The notes beneath the pieces were generated by a model. That model was given only the letters and a program-made list of their open reading frames with translations, was not told the origin of the DNA and ran no database searches. A DNA stretch of 64,000 bases from Tubiluchus corallicola (Eukaryota > Animalia > Priapulida), in assembly GCA_030141605.1 (NCBI GenBank), contig JAQGDQ010000301.1, forward strand, positions 124,001 to 188,000, in the 5' to 3' direction. A program made the translations under genes and the position numbers. Shown one piece after another: positions 62,107 through 64,000 of the stretch (position 1 is its first letter; each line of letters opens with the position of its first letter).

Positions 62107-62372
62107 GGTGGGGAAAGTCCTGCTGCGCAGTAGTTCGCGCAGTTAGTGTCGCCCTTGCGGCAATTCAGTACGGACTGTTGTTGTCAGGTACGCTACAGCG
62201 CAGCTGTTCGCGCACCGGTATTTAGCAGACGAATTTATGAGATGCCTTCACCAAAGCCAGGCCGGTGAGGTCTACTTTGCGTACTTCGCGTTGAGCGCAC
62301 AGAATTGTGGGCATGATTCGGATTTTGCGCACAGGACTATGGGTACGCGCGAAATTCAACCAAGAACAGAAA

Positions 62373-62505
62373 ATGGCTGCTGCATACGAGACTGTTGTAG
62401 TATCCGATGTGAATGATTGCGTTCGAGTGATCAAACAACATGAATTAGATACTACAACTCATTATGTAGTTGAGTCGCAGCAGAAGCGATTTAGCGATGA
62501 TGTCG
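62373..62505 (+). CDS. Probable first coding exon of an uncharacterised, possibly CARF-like/transposon-associated gene; continuation looks disrupted
   Basis: aaaATGGCT start, MAAAYETVVVSDVNDCVRVIKQHELDTTTHYVVESQQKRFSDDV, strong donor G|gtaagt. The phase-compatible acceptor at 62947 reaches TAA after about 25 codons. Family resemblance is from memory only. Confidence 0.35.
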
Positions 62506-64000
62506 GTAAGTGTCTATAGTCTTGGAGTACAATAGTGTCATAGCCAAGTGAGTTGTGGCACATGGCAGGCGTTTGCAAATTATATGTTAATAATAATTAG
62601 TAAAATATTTTGAAAAGAAAGGCAATGTTGGCCTAAATTGCTTTAAGCATTAAGATATAAAAAAAGAAGTCTGTACTATTGAATCTGTCTGAGATGAAAG
62701 ATATTTTGAATTACAGAGAATCGAATTATGCAGAGTCTTGAGTTTTGTTGTCTGAATTCTGTTATAATAGTACTATATTAATAGTCACTGTCATTCAGGG
62801 GCCTATATTCATAAACACTGCATATGATAGGAAAAACTACTATGACATGATATGAAACTGCATATGATATGAAAAATAAGTGCTAACGCGGTGTTGAAAG
62901 TTTTGTGAACTAAAATACCATACGTTGGAGTCTGATTTACATTTCAGATGTATCAAATGGTATTTATGACGATATTTATGAACCGTATCAGCCACGAACT
63001 TCACCGGAATTTCCACATTTGTAACCATTCGTATTGAAATCATTGTTCGACAATTTGAGCGTGAAATGCCTCATTCGTGATAAATTATCACAACTATTGC
63101 TGATTCTTGAGGAGTTTCAAAAGTTCTGAACACAAAAAATAAAAACAACATTTAAGAAATACAGAATTGCTTTTCAGTATAGTACCTATATCTGCATGTT
63201 ATATAGCCAAATGATATTGATTAGTGAGCCATCTAATGGGACAGACTTTTGCTTTTAAAACTATTTTGGAAAATAAGAACTTTATGATGCAGAATCAAGG
63301 AAAGTCAAAGTCCTGTGTGGAAAGATGGCTAAGAACATGCACCTACCTGTTAAACTTTATTTGCACATGTATCTTTAAATAATTTATATACTTTAGTATG
63401 ACCTACATCGGGTTCTGTGCAAATGTTCTTTGTCAGTGCACATAAAGAAACATTTGTTTTTGCTGTTTGCAAAAGTGTGCCACTATTTCTGTTGTCTTAG
63501 TTTATTAAGAGCAGTTTTTGGCAGCTCACTCTTATTCACAAATAACTTTGTGGCCTTTGATTTTAAATGACGTTGTGCACACAATGCAGTTGTGAAATTT
63601 TTACTGTTATACTGACCTTTACTAATGAAAAGTTTTTCCTCACATAAGAAAATAGCAGAGAGAGTTAACATAAGTTTTTGCAAGTTCACAATTCTTTTCC
63701 ACACAAAAGATAAATGGCCCATGATTATTTCACTTCTCAGATATTTTTCAGCTATCTGTAATGCAGTTTCTTGTATACATGTTCTAGTAGACTAGTAAAA
63801 CCAGCAGTTATTGGTGTATTTACAAAGCAGCACACAAAGGAATACTACACTTGCTGTCTTGTTTATCTGTGTTATTGCTGGTAGCCTCTAGAATATTTTA
63901 TAATGGATCGCACACATTTTATAATAACTGCTGCCAATACTTATGTAGCTGGAATGCTAATGCACGTGGAATCATTAGTGAGTTACTTAGGCTATTGCAG

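Overview
AT-rich, intron-rich animal genomic DNA (invertebrate; the RXR is of the lophotrochozoan/deuterostome type, not insect USP). Gene order: 3' end of RXR (+), a DEG/ENaC channel with an intronless CDS (+), GOLIM4/GPP130 (-, 11 coding exons), GPCPD1/GDE5 (+, 14 coding exons), TRUB2 (-, 9 coding exons), a ~2.5 kb array of an 18-bp repeat, a frameshifted class-A GPCR-like sequence (-), and a CpG-rich inverted-repeat region leading into a possibly transposon-related ORF (+). Introns carry MITEs (Kolobok-like, pogo/Tigger-like, hAT-like), a Helentron/DINE-like piece, a tRNA-SINE head and a LINE fragment. Exon models were spliced by hand from GT-AG sites with phase checks; homology calls rest on recalled family motifs, not searches. 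Best leads: an oriented 15-33 bp motif at three putative transcription starts, inverted intronic repeats flanking a 534-nt in-frame GPCPD1 exon block (circRNA geometry), loss of the catalytic Asp in TRUB2, and splice acceptors just upstream of five start codons.
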